Of a stretch of DNA of 64,000 bases, positions 1 through 15,300 are shown in pieces. The notes beneath the pieces were generated by a model that was not told where the DNA came from, ran no database searches, and was given only the letters and a program-made list of their open reading frames with translations. This stretch comes from Eledone cirrhosa (taxonomy: Eukaryota), in NCBI GenBank assembly GCA_964016885.1, contig OZ024745.1, forward strand, positions 36,766,001 through 36,830,000. The letters are read 5' to 3'. The translations under genes were made by a program, and so were the position numbers. Each line of letters begins with the position of its first letter. The stretch's first letter is position 1.

Positions 1-1232
1 GTATTTGCAGATTTCTCATCAGTTCTGCATAAATATTCTCCTTTTCACTAATCTTTGATATTATATTGGCATCTGCTGGACAGCTAATTTCCACTACTGT
101 GCATGTTTTCTTCTCTCTGTCTCATATCATAATATCTGGTTTGTTATGCCTGCATTTTATTGGGGTTTTTACTGGAACATTCCACCAGTACTCTTTCATA
201 TTATGTACATGGATGTCTTCCACATTGTTGTAGCTTTTAATGTGTTTATTATCGGGGCTATCTTTTTTACGGACTGCATTGTACAGTGTTTTGGCCACTA
301 TATCATGCCTCATAGGTAGATAGTACCGCGATGACATCTTTGGACAGCTGCTGATGACATGGGTGATATCGTCGATGTTAGTTCTGCAGAGTCAGCACTT
401 GGTATCATATCTAGGTGTTTTGCTTGCATCCCTATCTCTTTTGTGAATCAGGTATTTCGTGCTAATCTCCCGTTCTTGGATTGGAAAAGCGTATCCTTCA
501 AAGTGGGAGCCAATATAGCGGTTGTTGGTCCAAGATGGACTACTTTCCTTATCTATATTACTCTCACTCTGGAGTTTCCTGGCAACATATCCATGCATGA
601 TTTTTGCTGATAGGCATGCAGTTTTTCATTCATGGATTCACTGCGATACTGCTGAGCGACATCTCTGGGTGTGAGTTTTTGATTATCACACAGGGAATAT
701 CTCTCAAGGGGTTCCTTCCCAACTCTTATGATCTTATCTTGCTCGAGAAGCGGGCTCCTACGCTTCGACGTTCGTATATGTTGTCGGAGAGATATGATGC
801 GACATTCAAATGTTGTCTGGACTGATGTTAGGCCTCTGCCTCCTTGCTTACGTTTCAAGTAAAGGCGGTCTATGTCACTGTTGATGTGGAAGTTTCCGGT
901 GTTGTTCAGTATTTTTTCGAGTTCCAACATCAACTGCTCGGATTTCGTCTATCGTCCAATTGAGTATTCCAAACGTTGGTGTTAAGACAGGCACAGCAAA
1001 CACATTGTGAGCCACTGTTTTGTTTTGCGCGGAGAGTTCCGATGACCAGATCTTTCTTAATCGGGTGTAGTATTCCCTGGTTACGCGTTCTTTATTACAG
1101 ATACCATTATAGGATATGTTCTCATCTATCCCCAGGTATCTGTAGTAGTCCTCATCAGATATCGGTGAAACAGTTAGACCATTGATGACAATGTTGCTAG
1201 ATTGGGTTGTTGTTTTTCCCCGCTTTACAGTT
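1..1232 (-). mobile_element. Decayed, 5'-truncated R4/Dong-like non-LTR retrotransposon (RT C-terminal part, CCHC knuckle, restriction-like endonuclease); runs off the window start
   Basis: Minus-strand fragments: YRYLGI...YYTRLRKIWSSELSAQNK...FAVPVLTPTFG; DRLYLKRKQGGRGL; KC*LCRTNIDDITHVISSCP (CCHC); RHD; HNKPDIMI...VVEISCPAD...K (PD-(D/E)xK). Frameshifts and stops present. The truncation abuts (ATGT)n. Confidence 0.85.
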
Positions 1233-1457
1233 ATGTATGTATGTATGTATGTCATCCATAAACAGTTTTGTTAAAGTTTAGTGAAGAAACCGAATATTAC
1301 TTATTCCGTCCGTAAAACAATGTGTTACATATTAGCATACCATAAGAGGCTTGATGAACAAGGTTTGAATAGAAGTCAAATAATATAAGATCAACAATCA
1401 GAATTAGTTTTCCCAAAACCTGGTGGTGCCCATCCTCTCCGGGTCAAAACGCAACCG

Positions 1458-1493
1458 CTTTCTTCTTCTTCTTCTTCTTCTTCTTCTTCTTCT
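1458..1493. repeat. (CTT)n microsatellite
   Basis: Direct reading. Confidence 0.95.
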
Positions 1494-1612
1494 TTATTTA
1501 TCGACATCGAAATGATGAATAGCAAGGTTGAATTCGGCAGGATTTGAACTCAGAACGCAGCGAGCCAGAACAAATACATATATATCTTTAATACTCTGTC
1601 AATTCGCCACCT
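1494..1612 (-). mobile_element. tRNA-derived SINE, family A (sense motif TTCTGAGTTCAAATYCCGCCGAGGTYRACTTTGCCTTTCATCC)
   Basis: Matches more than 10 other copies in the window; B-box-like GAGTTCAAAT. Confidence 0.7.
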
Positions 1613-2261
1613 TATGTCAAATAAGTGCTTCCTAAAATGAACCCAGATTTGCAGTTAATCAGTATTCATATAAAATAATTCCACAAAGTTACACGGCTTT
1701 ACAGAAACACCATTATCAACAACAATAACAAGAAGATGGGCAGCAACGATAACGAAATATCTGTCTTCCTAACGCTACAGATCCCTACAGAATACATTTT
1801 AATATAAAAACTTCATATACAACAATAAAACCTGTAAATGTGATACAAAAGAATAAAATTCTACAAGATAACACCTTTATGTAACTAAAAGATTTTATCA
1901 TCATGCACGACATTCACGCAGCAATAATTCAGAAAACATTTTTACGACATCAACATAAAATACTGTACACACGTAATCACCTTCAGATCATAGTTAACAG
2001 TTCATATCACAACGGAAGATAACAAGTAACATCATACATTCAATGCATCGATATAGCAAATATCATTCGCAAAGTAATAGAAGATGACACCACACTAAAT
2101 ATGCAGTGATACACATTCTTTCTTTTGATCTCGTAACTACTGGTGGAGTCGTACGGGGACCATATTGACACACGGCGTATCTCAGTCCCCACTCCTGGTC
2201 TGAATACAGCAGATTTCTTCCAGAGAAGGGTAGTGAGTGAGAGTATAGATTGAAAAAGTTA

Positions 2262-2418
2262 TATCGACAACGACTCGACTCCAGTGCTTGACTGGTACTT
2301 TTTTTTATCGGCTTCAAATGGATGAAAGGCAAAGCTGACCTCAGAGAGCAACGAGCCGAAATGAATACCACAAAGCATTCTATCCGACGTTCTAACGACT
2401 TTGCCAATTCGCCGCCTT
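2262..2418 (-). mobile_element. SINE family A copy
   Basis: ccagtgcttgactggtac...ggatgaaaggcaaagctgacctc...ttgccaattcgccgcc. Confidence 0.7.
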
Positions 2419-5400
2419 AATAAACTTAACAAAAATATAATAAACGTACATACCAACACTGACCTCACAATCCCTACCACCTGGCAAGACTCTTATACTT
2501 CAGCATTCTCCCTATAACCATATTTGGCGGAGATGTCTATGTACTCAAAGTTCTGGTTTTCAATAATACAAGTAACACAAACAACAAAACTAAACTTTCT
2601 TTACATACTAAACAACACACATATAAATCACCAAGTCAACAACAATTATTCAACTATTCCCGTAACACCACCTTCTGCTTGACATACTTAGCTGCCACTT
2701 TGTCATTAATCTCCTTGCTTAATCCAGACAACCTACCAATCATCCTCACAACACAATAACACACATCAATTCAGTTTTACAAACTAAAGAAAAATATGTC
2801 GGTGGAACGAGTCTCACCAAGAAACAATACAATGATGGTTTCTAGAATTCAACAACAGCACAATTACAAACAATAGACGCTGCAGTCAATCTTTTCTACA
2901 CATCAAAAAAAAGAAAAAGCCCAAAGCAACATAAAAAAAATTACAACTTTGAAACAGGAATAACCTCAAGCACAATAAACCATTTACGTGTACACAACTG
3001 AAATAAAACTCAGTATCAAACATCTAACCAAGGAAATAAGAAAAAAACTAAGCGTAGAAAATAAGAAAACTGGTTATATTTGTATACAATATACAGCCAC
3101 AAAACAAACAGTAAAACATGCTACCGATCAATTATAAGTATGTTAGCAACAACAGCCACACCACACCGCATGCTATAATTATAACATCAAATAACATAAC
3201 CACAACTCGACAATTAACAACAGCTCTTATCTGATATCGAAAGTCAGTCAGTTTAAAACACACAAAGAAAGCAGAAACATACAGTGAAATATATGCACAT
3301 TACACCTTTGATGTTGATGCCTACCTCCCGCCAGACACTCAATAAGCAATATGAAAAGTCTAGAAAGTTAATGGATTCGGGATCGGACAAAATCACTGAA
3401 ATGCACCTAAAACATAGAATATGAAAGAATTTCTGCAATCCACATCTATAAGAAGATTTTGTCCGAGGTAACTTGCATTTGGGTCAAGCCGAACCTCCGT
3501 ATTTGCCAAGTGTTTTAGTTTTTCTAAGTAACTTCCCAAATAGAAAAACCGAAAAACCTGGCAAATACTTCTAATTAATATGTAAAAACTGAGATTACTT
3601 TGTTGAAAATCTTACAAATATATGTTCTTAATAATAATTTGTGGAGGAGGATATAATTTGGCAGTAATTTAAGATTAACTGATGTGTTTATATTAAATTG
3701 AAACGATACCAATTTAAAGACTAATAAGGTTTTAAATATAAATAAAGTTAATGTTTATGCTATGGTCATCTTATGACTGATGAGATGTATTAGAAGTAGA
3801 CAATATATGACCATGAGATGTATTAGTAGACAAATATATGTTCATCTAAATTTCATTCACTGAAAAGAAAAGTATGTTTAGCTAAAGCGATGCAATGCAA
3901 AGGACGTTCTGAGGCAAAATGCATTTGAACAATAAAACATTTCTTGATAATCAAGAAATCCAATATAACTAGAAATATAAACCCAAATTATATTTTAGAG
4001 AGGATCAGCTTTGTCATTTTGTCATTTCCCGTTTGAAATATGGAATTATTCTATACTCTGTATATTCTTTTAAGGACACTATACTTAAGTAGAATTTTGT
4101 TTCTGGTCTTTTTCTCAATTTAATCCGTTAATTTGCGCGTTTTAATTGGTTACTCTTTCAATCTCTCCATTACAATTTTCTTTAATGCTTGAAAAATATT
4201 CGTTCAGTCTGGTAAGAAATGTCAGATCAACCCGGATACCTTTACTATCGGCATGACATTTACAGGAAAATCACTGCTTAATTACTTCAAATTATTGGTT
4301 GTTGAGAACTGAAATTTAAAAAGGCTTCCATTTATATTAATTCATTTTTTTCTTTTGAATTTTGTTTCTAAATTTGAAATAAATATTGTGGTATTTCGTG
4401 TGTTTAAGTGCATTTCTAAAACTCTTTTTTTATTGATAGTTGTTCTACTCAATAAAAAATAAAATTAAACCATTGAAATAAAAACAAATTATTTGACCTT
4501 TGCAATCAGGAAGGACTTCACTGGTAATTGCAAAGTATAACGAAAGGATTCGATTGGTTTCAGATTAAAACTTTCAGAGATTTCCGTAAGATTTTCACAA
4601 AGAGGAATTCTCGCAATTTGTTTAATATCAAATACATTTTTACTTAGATCTTAAATGATTCATAAAAGAGCAATAACGGAAAGGGTATACTTCCATCTTC
4701 CCTCAAAATTAATATCCACATTACATACTTCGTCCTTTGCTCTAACATTTCAATACATTCAGACTTTCCCATTACTTTGCACGCACGTGAAGCTTATAGC
4801 TTCATATCTACATTAGAAACCATTAATGTGTTTGTGTGAATTGAAGGATGGTGTAATGAATGTCGCATATAATTAAGTTCTTAAATTTGTTTTCAATGTT
4901 ATAATGTTTATTGTATTTTGTGTGCGAAGCCTAGTGGCTAATAAATAAAATAATTAATTATTATTATTATTTTATTAGTTCGTTTGATGACAGGCGTTGC
5001 ACATGGCTCCTGCAAGTTTGTTATTTGTTCTATTGTTACACAAAGTTATATATTGAATAATTGATATATAATCGTTTTATAAGTAAAGTAACCAGGGTCT
5101 TGGGGGGTAGCTAGTTAGTTTTTCTCTATCTGTAGCCATTAGAGACACGACCGGGACTTGTTTAGCCAGTAGACCCTTCATGTTTTGTTAAAAAAGCAAC
5201 ATGGCTTACCAAAAATGTCGTCTGCTGAAAGGAAAAACCACCAACATCAAACCCAACTAGGGGGTCTCTCAAACAAGTTGTCCCTCTCCTCTCTTTCAAA
5301 CACACACACATACACACTCACACCACGTGATGGTGTCGAACACTTCACAAATCGAGGGGGGACGGCAACTTCTTGGAGGGGCAAAACGTTGACAGGAGCA

Positions 5401-5469
5401 AAACATCAACCCCGATAAATCGGTGGGTATTTAGCTCAACACCTGGAGAAGCAGATCAATGCCATTAAA

Positions 5470-6260
5470 CAGCTTCGTTGGACGTTGGACAAAATGACCG
5501 ATCAAGCTGCTCGAGGTCTGCTTCAATCCGGGCCTTCAAGAAGATAGAAACTAGAACAAGATAACGAGCAGGGTGGTCACACTTACTCAGAAATGGGCTT
5601 GGAAGAAGCTACCCCTGAACGGTCAGGTGGAGATGTCGAACGCGTACATCGTTTCCGTCGTCTGTTACCGCCAGACCGTCGTGCCTTACCCCAGTTCACG
5701 CCTCACTACGTTGGGACACCTGCTCTTCAATATATTGTGATAGGGATAGGTGCTACTGTTTATGCCGTCCATCTGTTGCCGACACACTTTGCGTAGAAAG
5801 CTAGACACGCTGTGGCTGATGATACACAAACATACACTGAAGCTAAGGCATTTACATATCTTCCTAAACGGTGAACAGGTGTGGTTGCCCTTTGTGAGAC
5901 ACGTCATTCTGCAGTTTGTCTCTTTGCCTGACATGTAGTCGTGGGTCAAGCGAAGACCGAGACTGGGCGTCTGACATTTGGAATGTTGCCAGGCGCTCAG
6001 AGCCTTCTATAGATCGAGCAATGCGGTCAGTGGAAAATTCCACGTGAGCGTTCTATAGAGGGCTAATGGTCGGCTCTTGCGACAACGTTCTCAAAGAGAC
6101 TCTAGACGTCCACAAGAACGAACTAGCCAGTCCGATCCGGAGGACTTTCAGTCCGAGAGTTGTGAATGATTTCTAGAAATTCTTGGCTGGCAGTGCTACA
6201 GTGGGTGGGAGGAAGGTTCATTGCCAGTTCGAGACAATCACTACAGGCACGGAAGTACTG
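5470..6260 (+). mobile_element. Degenerate Tx1/L1-clade LINE ORF2 fragment (post-RT region)
   Basis: Broken frames GRWTK*PIKLLEVW and KWAWKKLPLNGQVEMSNAYIVSVVCYRQTVVPYP...LLFNIL resemble the L1/Tx1 W..R.LS..GR...S...Y...P motif. Confidence 0.55.
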
Positions 6261-6546
6261 TCCGATGGACCTGTCCGCGATTTACGCACATCGATGAAAC
6301 CTTTCTGTACAAGAGACCAATGTCGATAAATAAAATACCAATCATGTATTAGGTTCGATACAATCTCGCAAAACTCTGGTTTTGTGCCGACGCACCTAAC
6401 ATTACTTGTACATTTGTTTAATAGATTATCCTGAAATGTATGTTTAAAACGTGATCTATTCATATTGAACCTTTTGGTGCAACTCTGTAAAACGCTCTTT
6501 ATTTTAGGGCCCTTGAATTTGCGGAAAATGCTATTTTTTATGGTTT

Positions 6547-6730
6547 GGGCGCATGCGTGGCCGTATGTTTAAGTTCAATTCGCAACCACGTAGTTTCTGT
6601 TTTTATTCAAATGAGCGGCACTTTGGACAAATGTCTACTATTATAGCCTTGTTTCGACCAAAGTTGTGTGAGCGAAATTGTGTAGACGGTAAACTGTCAG
6701 ATATTCTGTAAATTGTGTAGAAGTCCATTC
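6547..6730 (+). mobile_element. tRNA-derived SINE, family B (degenerate)
   Basis: ggcgcatgcgtggccgtatg head; gcactttggacaaatgtct...ttatagcc...gaccaaag...tgtgag...gtagacgg body, like a common octopus SINE (recalled, not searched). Confidence 0.6.
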
Positions 6731-7329
6731 ATGGTCTCTGGTGAAACTTAAATAATACTCGCCTTGCTGAAACATCTTAGGTATGTTGTAGAAAAATGAA
6801 TATACCCACGTATATAATAATATAAATGTTATATTGATCGTTTTTTGTGGACTACTGAGATCACTAGATCAGAACCCTATATATATGTGTGTGTGTACAG
6901 ATTGAAGCATTCATATGTTTTATAAGAACTTCAAAAATTTAAATACATAAACTATAAAAATCCCGGAAACCTCAAAAGTCTTATAACTTTGAACATCGAC
7001 AAAAAATCTCACCTTTCGAAATTTCCTATCTTCACCTCTTTATAGCATTACAGATCATAGATATTTGAATATACCTCAAGCATTATGGCTCAATAGCCTC
7101 ACAACACCTAGAAATTTAAATACCATGCTCTTATTTATTCATTCGCTCACATATAGCATAAGAACTTCAAAAATGTTTGATAGATAGAATATATCTCTCT
7201 AAAATTACGAAAAGTGTTAACAATTATAAAAAACGGATCAAGCCCTCGAGAAGTCCCTGATTTTTGTTTTCTTTTCAAAGCGTTACAGATGATAGGGATT
7301 TTAATAATTCACGAGGACTACAAAAGATA

Positions 7330-9570
7330 TTCAATGTGTGGAAGTTCCATGTGCATCAAAGAAATCTCTACATCGTTAGATTGATGGACACGAATGCTTT
7401 ACGATATTTGATCTGCCACATGATATTCTTAGCTCAAATCCCGCCAACATCAACTTTACCTTTCATCAATCTCGGGTCGATGAAATAATGAACGACGCAA
7501 TTACTGAGCCCGATATAATCGACTTCATCCTCCTTATCAAAATCTCTGGCCTTGAGCCTAAATCAGAAACCATTGTTAGTATTATAATACGTACCAGCAC
7601 GGTGGATTGGCAGTAGAGTTATGTCCCTTTTCGTTCTGAGTTCAAATCGCGCCGAAATTAGCTTTTTCTTTCCCCCTTACTGGGTCGATAAAATAAAGCG
7701 CCAGTAATGCACTGGGGTCGATTTAAGCGACTTGCCCCTCCCAAAAAATTGTTGGCCTTGTGCCTAAATCAGAAACCATTATTATTATACTTGCCAGATG
7801 ATGGATCCCGCCGAAGTTAACTTTGCCTTTCATCCTTACGGGGTCGATAAAATAAAGTACCAGTAATGCACTGGATAATTGCTGGCCTTGTGCCAAAAGT
7901 AGAAACAATTATTATTATACTTGCCGGATGATGGATTGACAGGATCGTTATAACGCCGGACAAAATGTCTTGTGATATTCCAGCTTTTTTACATTTTGAG
8001 TTCAAATTCCGCCAAGGTCAACTTAGCCTTTTACCTTTCCGAAGTATTTAAAATAAAGTACTTTACCGGCCTTATGTCTAAAATAAAAACCATCATTGCG
8101 GTCTCCACAGAGGCATGAATGAGAGCCATATTCATACCAAGTCTTCACTTTATATCCTTATCTCTGTTAGCAAAAAATTCCTTTAATATCATACATTGTA
8201 AAATATATTGAAGATAGATATATCTGTATTTCCATTCCGGGTGGACCATGGAAGATTACTCTTTATTCCTGGGGATGAACAACCAATTAAGTTGTAACAA
8301 AAATAAATGTTGCCATGACAATAATAATAACAATAGTTTCTAATTTAAGCAGAAGATCGAAAATTGTGGTAGTAGGGAAACTCAATTAAATAGAACTTGA
8401 ACACGATTGAGTGCTTGACTGGTACATAATGAGGATCGGCTGAAATGTTCATAGGCTGACCAAGATACTCTCCTGTAATGACCCCATCAGTTTTAGTTTT
8501 ATCATAGCCCTTGGAAGGAAACAGTGCAGTTATTAATAAGAAGAGTTGAAATTAATGCATGCAAGATTTCACAGCTCTAGCATCAATCTTTGATAGACAG
8601 CCTATGAACTTTCTGCTGAGCCTCGTATGTTATCGATCCCGAAAGTATAAGAAGCAAAGTTAATTTCGGCAGGATTCAAATTCAAGAAGAAAAGAGCCAG
8701 CATAAATGCCACAACAATAAATATAATAAGAATTTCTGATTTAAGCACAAGGGGAAAAGGAAAGTGGATTAAATAGACCTCAGTGCATTACTGGTACTTT
8801 ATTTTATCGACCTAGTAGGGATGAAAGGCAAACTTAACCACGGCAGGATTTGAACTCAGAACGCCGTAACTTTATGAATGGTTTCTTATTTAGGCACAAG
8901 GCAAACAATTGTGAGAGGAGGGGAGAGTCGATTAGGTCGACTTAATTGCATTACTGGTACTTTATTTTATCGACCCCATAAGAATGTAAGGCATAGCTAA
9001 CCACGGCGGGATTTGAACTCAGAAGGTAACTATATGCCGCAAAGCAAATAGTTACGTCTGACACTCTACCTACACTGCCAATCCATTGCCCTAAACACTG
9101 CCATAATAATAATTGCAATACTTCTAATCGCAACTAAAATCATGTGACCAAAGTATAGATGAATGCTGGAGGACTTATGGAGATATTACTTTCATGTTTA
9201 TCTTTATATTATCGATTCTCTTTGTATTTTCATTTCTCTCTTTAAATAATTATTTTTCTCATTTTTTTCTTTTACTTTTTTCTAATATTTTTAATTTCTT
9301 CTTTTTATTTCTTAAATTTTATTTTTTTATTTTGTGAGTGTGTCCCCTAGGGTATTAATTCTTTTATTCTATATTTTCTGTTAGTCTCCTGTGTCCAAAT
9401 TGTTTTTGATTATTTTTTGACAAAAGAAGGTAGTGGATTGACAGAATTGCTAGAAATACTTAGTAATATTTCATCCCAGTCTTTACGTTCTGAGTTCCAA
9501 TCTTGTTGATGTCAACATTGCCTTTTATCCTTCGAGGTTCGATAAAATAATGTACCAGTCAAGTATTTGA
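7330..9570. mobile_element. Dense cluster of about 8 SINE family A copies: four on + (~7330-8090), three on - (~8335-9090), one on + (~9428-9570)
   Basis: Repeated motifs ggggtcgataaaataaagtaccagt, ggccttgtgcctaaatcagaaaccatt, and ggcaggatttgaactcagaa or its reverse complement. Confidence 0.8.
8428..8627. mobile_element. Mariner-type MITE (~200 bp) inserted inside a SINE
   Basis: Imperfect ~32-bp TIRs aatgaggatcggctgaaatgttcataggctgac / gacagcctatgaactttctgctgagcctcgta. The SINE sequence resumes across the insertion (gactggtacat | tgttatcgatcccgaaag). Confidence 0.75.
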
Positions 9571-9697
9571 GCAACATCATTTCTCGTTGCGGAAGTATAC
9601 TCATCTGAAAATGAGAAGTTTTGAACTCTCGATCGTTTAAGTTCTATAGTATTGCATTCTCTTGTATATATTCTTGCTTTGAGATGAGTTCCTGATA

Positions 9698-9754
9698 TTT
9701 TTTGAGAATGGTGCCCCAGGATATCTTCAGTCCAAGCCCTGAAACTAGTAAAAG
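9698..9754 (+). ncRNA. Putative type I hammerhead ribozyme, U3:A8 core variant
   Basis: tttt-TTGAGAA-t-gg(t)gc...gccc-t-GAAAC-TA-GTA-aaag; palindromic stem III ACTAGT; weak AU-rich stem I. Confidence 0.45.
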
Positions 9755-10094
9755 AATGAAAGAATCTGTCAATCCATATGATTGTATGTCTATTTGCCTG
9801 AATAAAGTTTATACCTGCACACACTCACGTGTGTGCAGGTATGTTATCTACTATCTACGTTACGACTTCCACGGAACCTTCCTCAACTTGACCAGCCTCA
9901 GCCTTCAGAACAAGCAAAGTTAGTGAAAACAATAGACAAAACACCTTATATGTATTTCAAATAATCGAATATATTTATCTCATCTTATGGCAGACAACCA
10001 GACATTACAATGAACTTATGTGTTTCTGTCTTGTGTCTTTCATATCCCGTTCTTATTCTTCATATGTGTGTGTGTGTGTACAGAGAGAGATGGG

Positions 10095-11480
<1,386 letters not shown>

Positions 11481-11769
11481 TTTCATTCACCTAGACAAAA
11501 TATTTGGAAACGAATTAAATAAAACCGCTTTGCCACGGACAGTAGCAGCATTCTCGTCAATGTTAAGAATATTTTACTTATTAACTTCAGAACACACCCA
11601 GCATTAAAATTATAAAATAAAAAGAAAAGAAATACGCAACCCACCATTCAAAGAAAAGCTTTTAAATTGTCCCTGTGTATGTGTGTGTGCGTGCGTGTGT
11701 GCTTGTGTGTGTGTGTGTATGTGTGCGTGTGCGTGTGCCTGTGTGTGTCCGTGTGTGAGTGTGTAAAGG

Positions 11770-11935
11770 TATTTGGCTTATTAATTAAGCTCACGATTGT
11801 AAGTTTGTGCGTTCAATTTCCTGTGGCACATCGTGTCCATGAGCAAAACATTTTATTTAACATTACTCTAGTCCAATCGGCTGGTAAAAAACGAATATCT
11901 TATAAAAAGGGTCACCCTTGTCAAACCTTGTGTCA
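11770..11935 (+). mobile_element. tRNA-derived SINE, family C
   Basis: cacgattgtaag...gttcaatttcc...gtgtccatgagcaaaacatttt; homologous to 40651-40860 and 52060-52195. Confidence 0.55.
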
Positions 11936-12026
11936 TGGCGTATCTTCCTGAGAACTATATTAAGGGTGCAAGTGTCTGTAAAATATTAACGTTAATTTCA
12001 CAAATTTCATATCGTTAATCGAAGAG

Positions 12027-12186
12027 ACTGGAGCACTCTTCATCGTTATTTCCAACTGTGCAGACAGCAGTAAGAAAAAATAAAGTGTCTTGCTCAAGGA
12101 CGCAGCTCGCTGCCCGGTCCGAAAACTGATCTCGCGACAATAGGATCGTAAACTCAATGTTCTAACTACTAAACCGCGGGCCTTCA
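12027..12186 (-). mobile_element. tRNA-derived SINE, family C
   Basis: aaagtgtcttgctcaaggac...cgctgcccggtcc matches 52085-52125. Confidence 0.6.
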
Positions 12187-12612
12187 GAATTCTTTTACAT
12201 AAACTAAAACAAAATAGAAAATGAAGCTAAAACTAGAAAAGAGTTCAAGTAAATGAGGCTATGTAAAAGTCACTCCTTGTTACTTTTTTAATGAATCATA
12301 ATGATCTTCTCTGAAAAGGTTCTACATTTACGTAAATAAGTCGAAGAAGAACCAAAGTGCTTTTGTTTGGTAGTAAATCGGAACGAAAACATTACAATAT
12401 TTAACATTTGAAATGGGAAAGGAGAGAGTAGAACGTATAGGACATTTTGGGGAATGTTCATGTAATCTTCAATTACTGAACAAAAGAAAAAAAAGGTAGA
12501 AAGAAAGAAAATTTGTTTGTGAGATTGATAAATGCATAAATTTTTCTAGCCTCTTCCTAAATGTTTCTGTCCCTCCTTATCTTTCTCTGTAACTATCTCT
12601 TTACCCATCTCT

Positions 12613-12673
<61 letters not shown>

Positions 12674-12797
12674 TTTCTCTCTATATGTGTGTTTATATAT
12701 AGGTTCTCGAAGGAGTAACCACTGTTAAAGAAGAATTTGAATACTCTGGTAGTGTATAAGCATCTTTATTATCTACAGAAACTACTTCTGGAGAACA

Positions 12798-12868
12798 AGA
12801 ACTGTTTCATTCGTATAAAATCGTTAGGAATGTCCAGATGATTTCATACGGATGAAACAGTTCTAGTC
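12798..12868. repeat. Small fold-back carrying a degenerate HHR-like motif; family copies at 21730-21770 and 49075-49113
   Basis: Arms 12798-12829 and 12833-12864. The 49075-49113 copy reads CTGATGA-tttctaatgaat-GAAACAGTTCTAGTC on the minus strand. Confidence 0.55.
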
Positions 12869-12893
12869 CTCTCTCTCTCTCTCTCTCTCTCTC

Positions 12894-12992
<99 letters not shown>

Positions 12993-14038
12993 TCTAACTA
13001 TAATGTGTCTCCTCAACTTATGTTTCGTTGAAGAAGTCTAATAAGATCGAAACATATCCCGAGCCTTACAGTTTACATCAAACTCATTTTCCACTGCATT
13101 GTTTACATTGCGTTATAATTAAATTGAAATTCAAGGTATTGTCTCCCTTGGTTTTCTTGGTCAAAATTGATCCTTCGGATGATTACACTTTTTTTCACTT
13201 TTGGTGTGTAACGGATAAGTTGTATTCTTTTGATGGTGGTTTTGATGAAAAGCGTAATGCCATGATTGAGTTGTTAACAATGTTTAGTTTATAATAACAA
13301 TATTCGATTTGAACACTAAGTAATAAAATTTATGACATGAAAATATCCGTACATTAAATTGTTAGTTGCTACGAGCTAACGTGTGTATCTCAGAAGTCAA
13401 TGATGTAAAAGTTGTGTTATGTCTTGCAGATACAATATTACAGGAAGAATAGGATGAGAGTATAATATAAACAATATGAACTTACTATGTGTGTGTGTGT
13501 GTGCCTATTCTTAGTATACGTTAATGTCTTAGTAGTAGTGGTCAATCTGTCAGGCAGGCATGGCTGGCGGTCTGGCTGTGTCAATGGCCGAGAGAGTAAG
13601 TCTGTAAGGACCAGGAGAAAGATAGAGTGAAAGGTCTACTGATGCTACATCGCTTATCTTGTTGATTGCCGCTTCGTGTTTGCTTCATGTCTGCATTTTG
13701 GATTCCCTAACTCCCTGTATTTATAATAAGTGCTAAAGTTAGAAGGATGGATATATGAGGTTGATTTATGGTCAACCCTGTGGTTATCGTCTCCCAAGAA
13801 GTTGAGGTCGCAGGTCAAATGGAATGTACATGTATCATCGTTGTCTTGACAGGACAATGGTGAGAACTTCCAACGATAGATTGCCCCAGAGGCGAGAAAG
13901 CTCAGATTCGGTTCGAATCTTCGCCGGTAAAACATAGGAGTATTCCGTTATAGGTGCAATTTTAATTATTTAAAATATCATTGCTCAGTAATATGTTAGC
14001 AACAATCGTACAATTTGGTGTTCATATAAACATTTAGA

Positions 14039-14110
14039 ACAGGCATGGGCAACTTTTTTCGAGCAGTGGGCCGCATAGGATGTGGCACATCATATGGCGG
14101 GCCGCAATAC
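14039..14110. mobile_element. Possible hAT (Charlie-like) DNA transposon terminus
   Basis: CAGGCATGGGCAAC start followed by two GGGCCGCA subterminal motifs; partner end not found. Confidence 0.45.
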
Positions 14111-15121
14111 TGAAAATTTCAAGGTAGTTTTCAAAGTACACGACCTTCTTCGATCCATCTACAAACTGTGAACCTCTCGTTGCAGCAATCAGATTATCAT
14201 CTACATCTGCGATAATACCACCGCTTCTGTTGCTTCGTCGATCAGAAAATGTAGTAAAGACGGCATCGTTTGCCCTTTTTCGGTTGCCGATACTGATATA
14301 TCCTACACTGAAGTGTTGTCGGTGACTGATTGGTAGTCTCTTGGTTTTCTTGTTCTGGTCTTCCTCGTCTTGGGATTCTATCTAGGAAAGAGGAACGAGC
14401 GCAAAAAAGCTTTCATCCTCGATAGCGAGTCGTCAGTCTGTATGTTTGTATAGCTGACATCGATCTAAATATCGGTAATTTAACAAACAAAAACAACCCT
14501 CTTGCGAGTTATATTTATTGTTCTACGGCAGGTTACATGTGCTCCCTTGATACACGTGCCGTCAGAAATGCAGTGAACCAGCGTTTGGCCTGTTGCATAA
14601 ATGTCACTAACGACGCTATTGTTCACCTAATACGATAATAAAAACAACAAAACTATCGCTACAAATTTGTCGGGGAGACGGTATGGTAGAGTCGATTAAA
14701 TCAACTGCACTACTTAACTGGCAATTTATTTTATCGACCCCACCGAGATGAAAGACAAAGCAGACTCCCGTGAGATTTCAACACAGAACATATAAAAGAT
14801 GTAACCTAATACTGCGAATCATTCCGTCCAGTTGCTTTCCCTTCCTTTCCCTCACCTCCTCCACCGTAGAAATGATGACGGTAATAATTGTAATAATACT
14901 CTTCTTGAGTTGCATTGATGGAAAGGATGATAAAAAGGTATCAGATTATAAATAATTATACATGAATTAAGTGATAAACGACTTTATGTCATAATTTAGT
15001 AAGTGGACTGAAATTTATTGAGATTAATGAATAGTTTGGTGTGCTGTTATATATAGCTGTCTGTGTGTGAATAGTTGTCTACTTGTGAATTTGTATGCGA
15101 GTGATAGTATATATACTTCCA

Positions 15122-15161
<40 letters not shown>

Positions 15162-15300
15162 GTCTCATGAAATATCGGGTGATTTATGCATGGTAGTAGT
15201 GACAGAGACCGGCCTACAAATTATAGAAAAGAAAAACACATATCCCGCTCCTATATGTAGGAGAAATATATAAAAGCAATGAATGTATAAACCCAGGTTA

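Noticed and set aside
2430-3230. Possible decayed APE endonuclease (IFGGD...PDNLPIILT)
   Set aside because: Too degenerate to support without a profile search.
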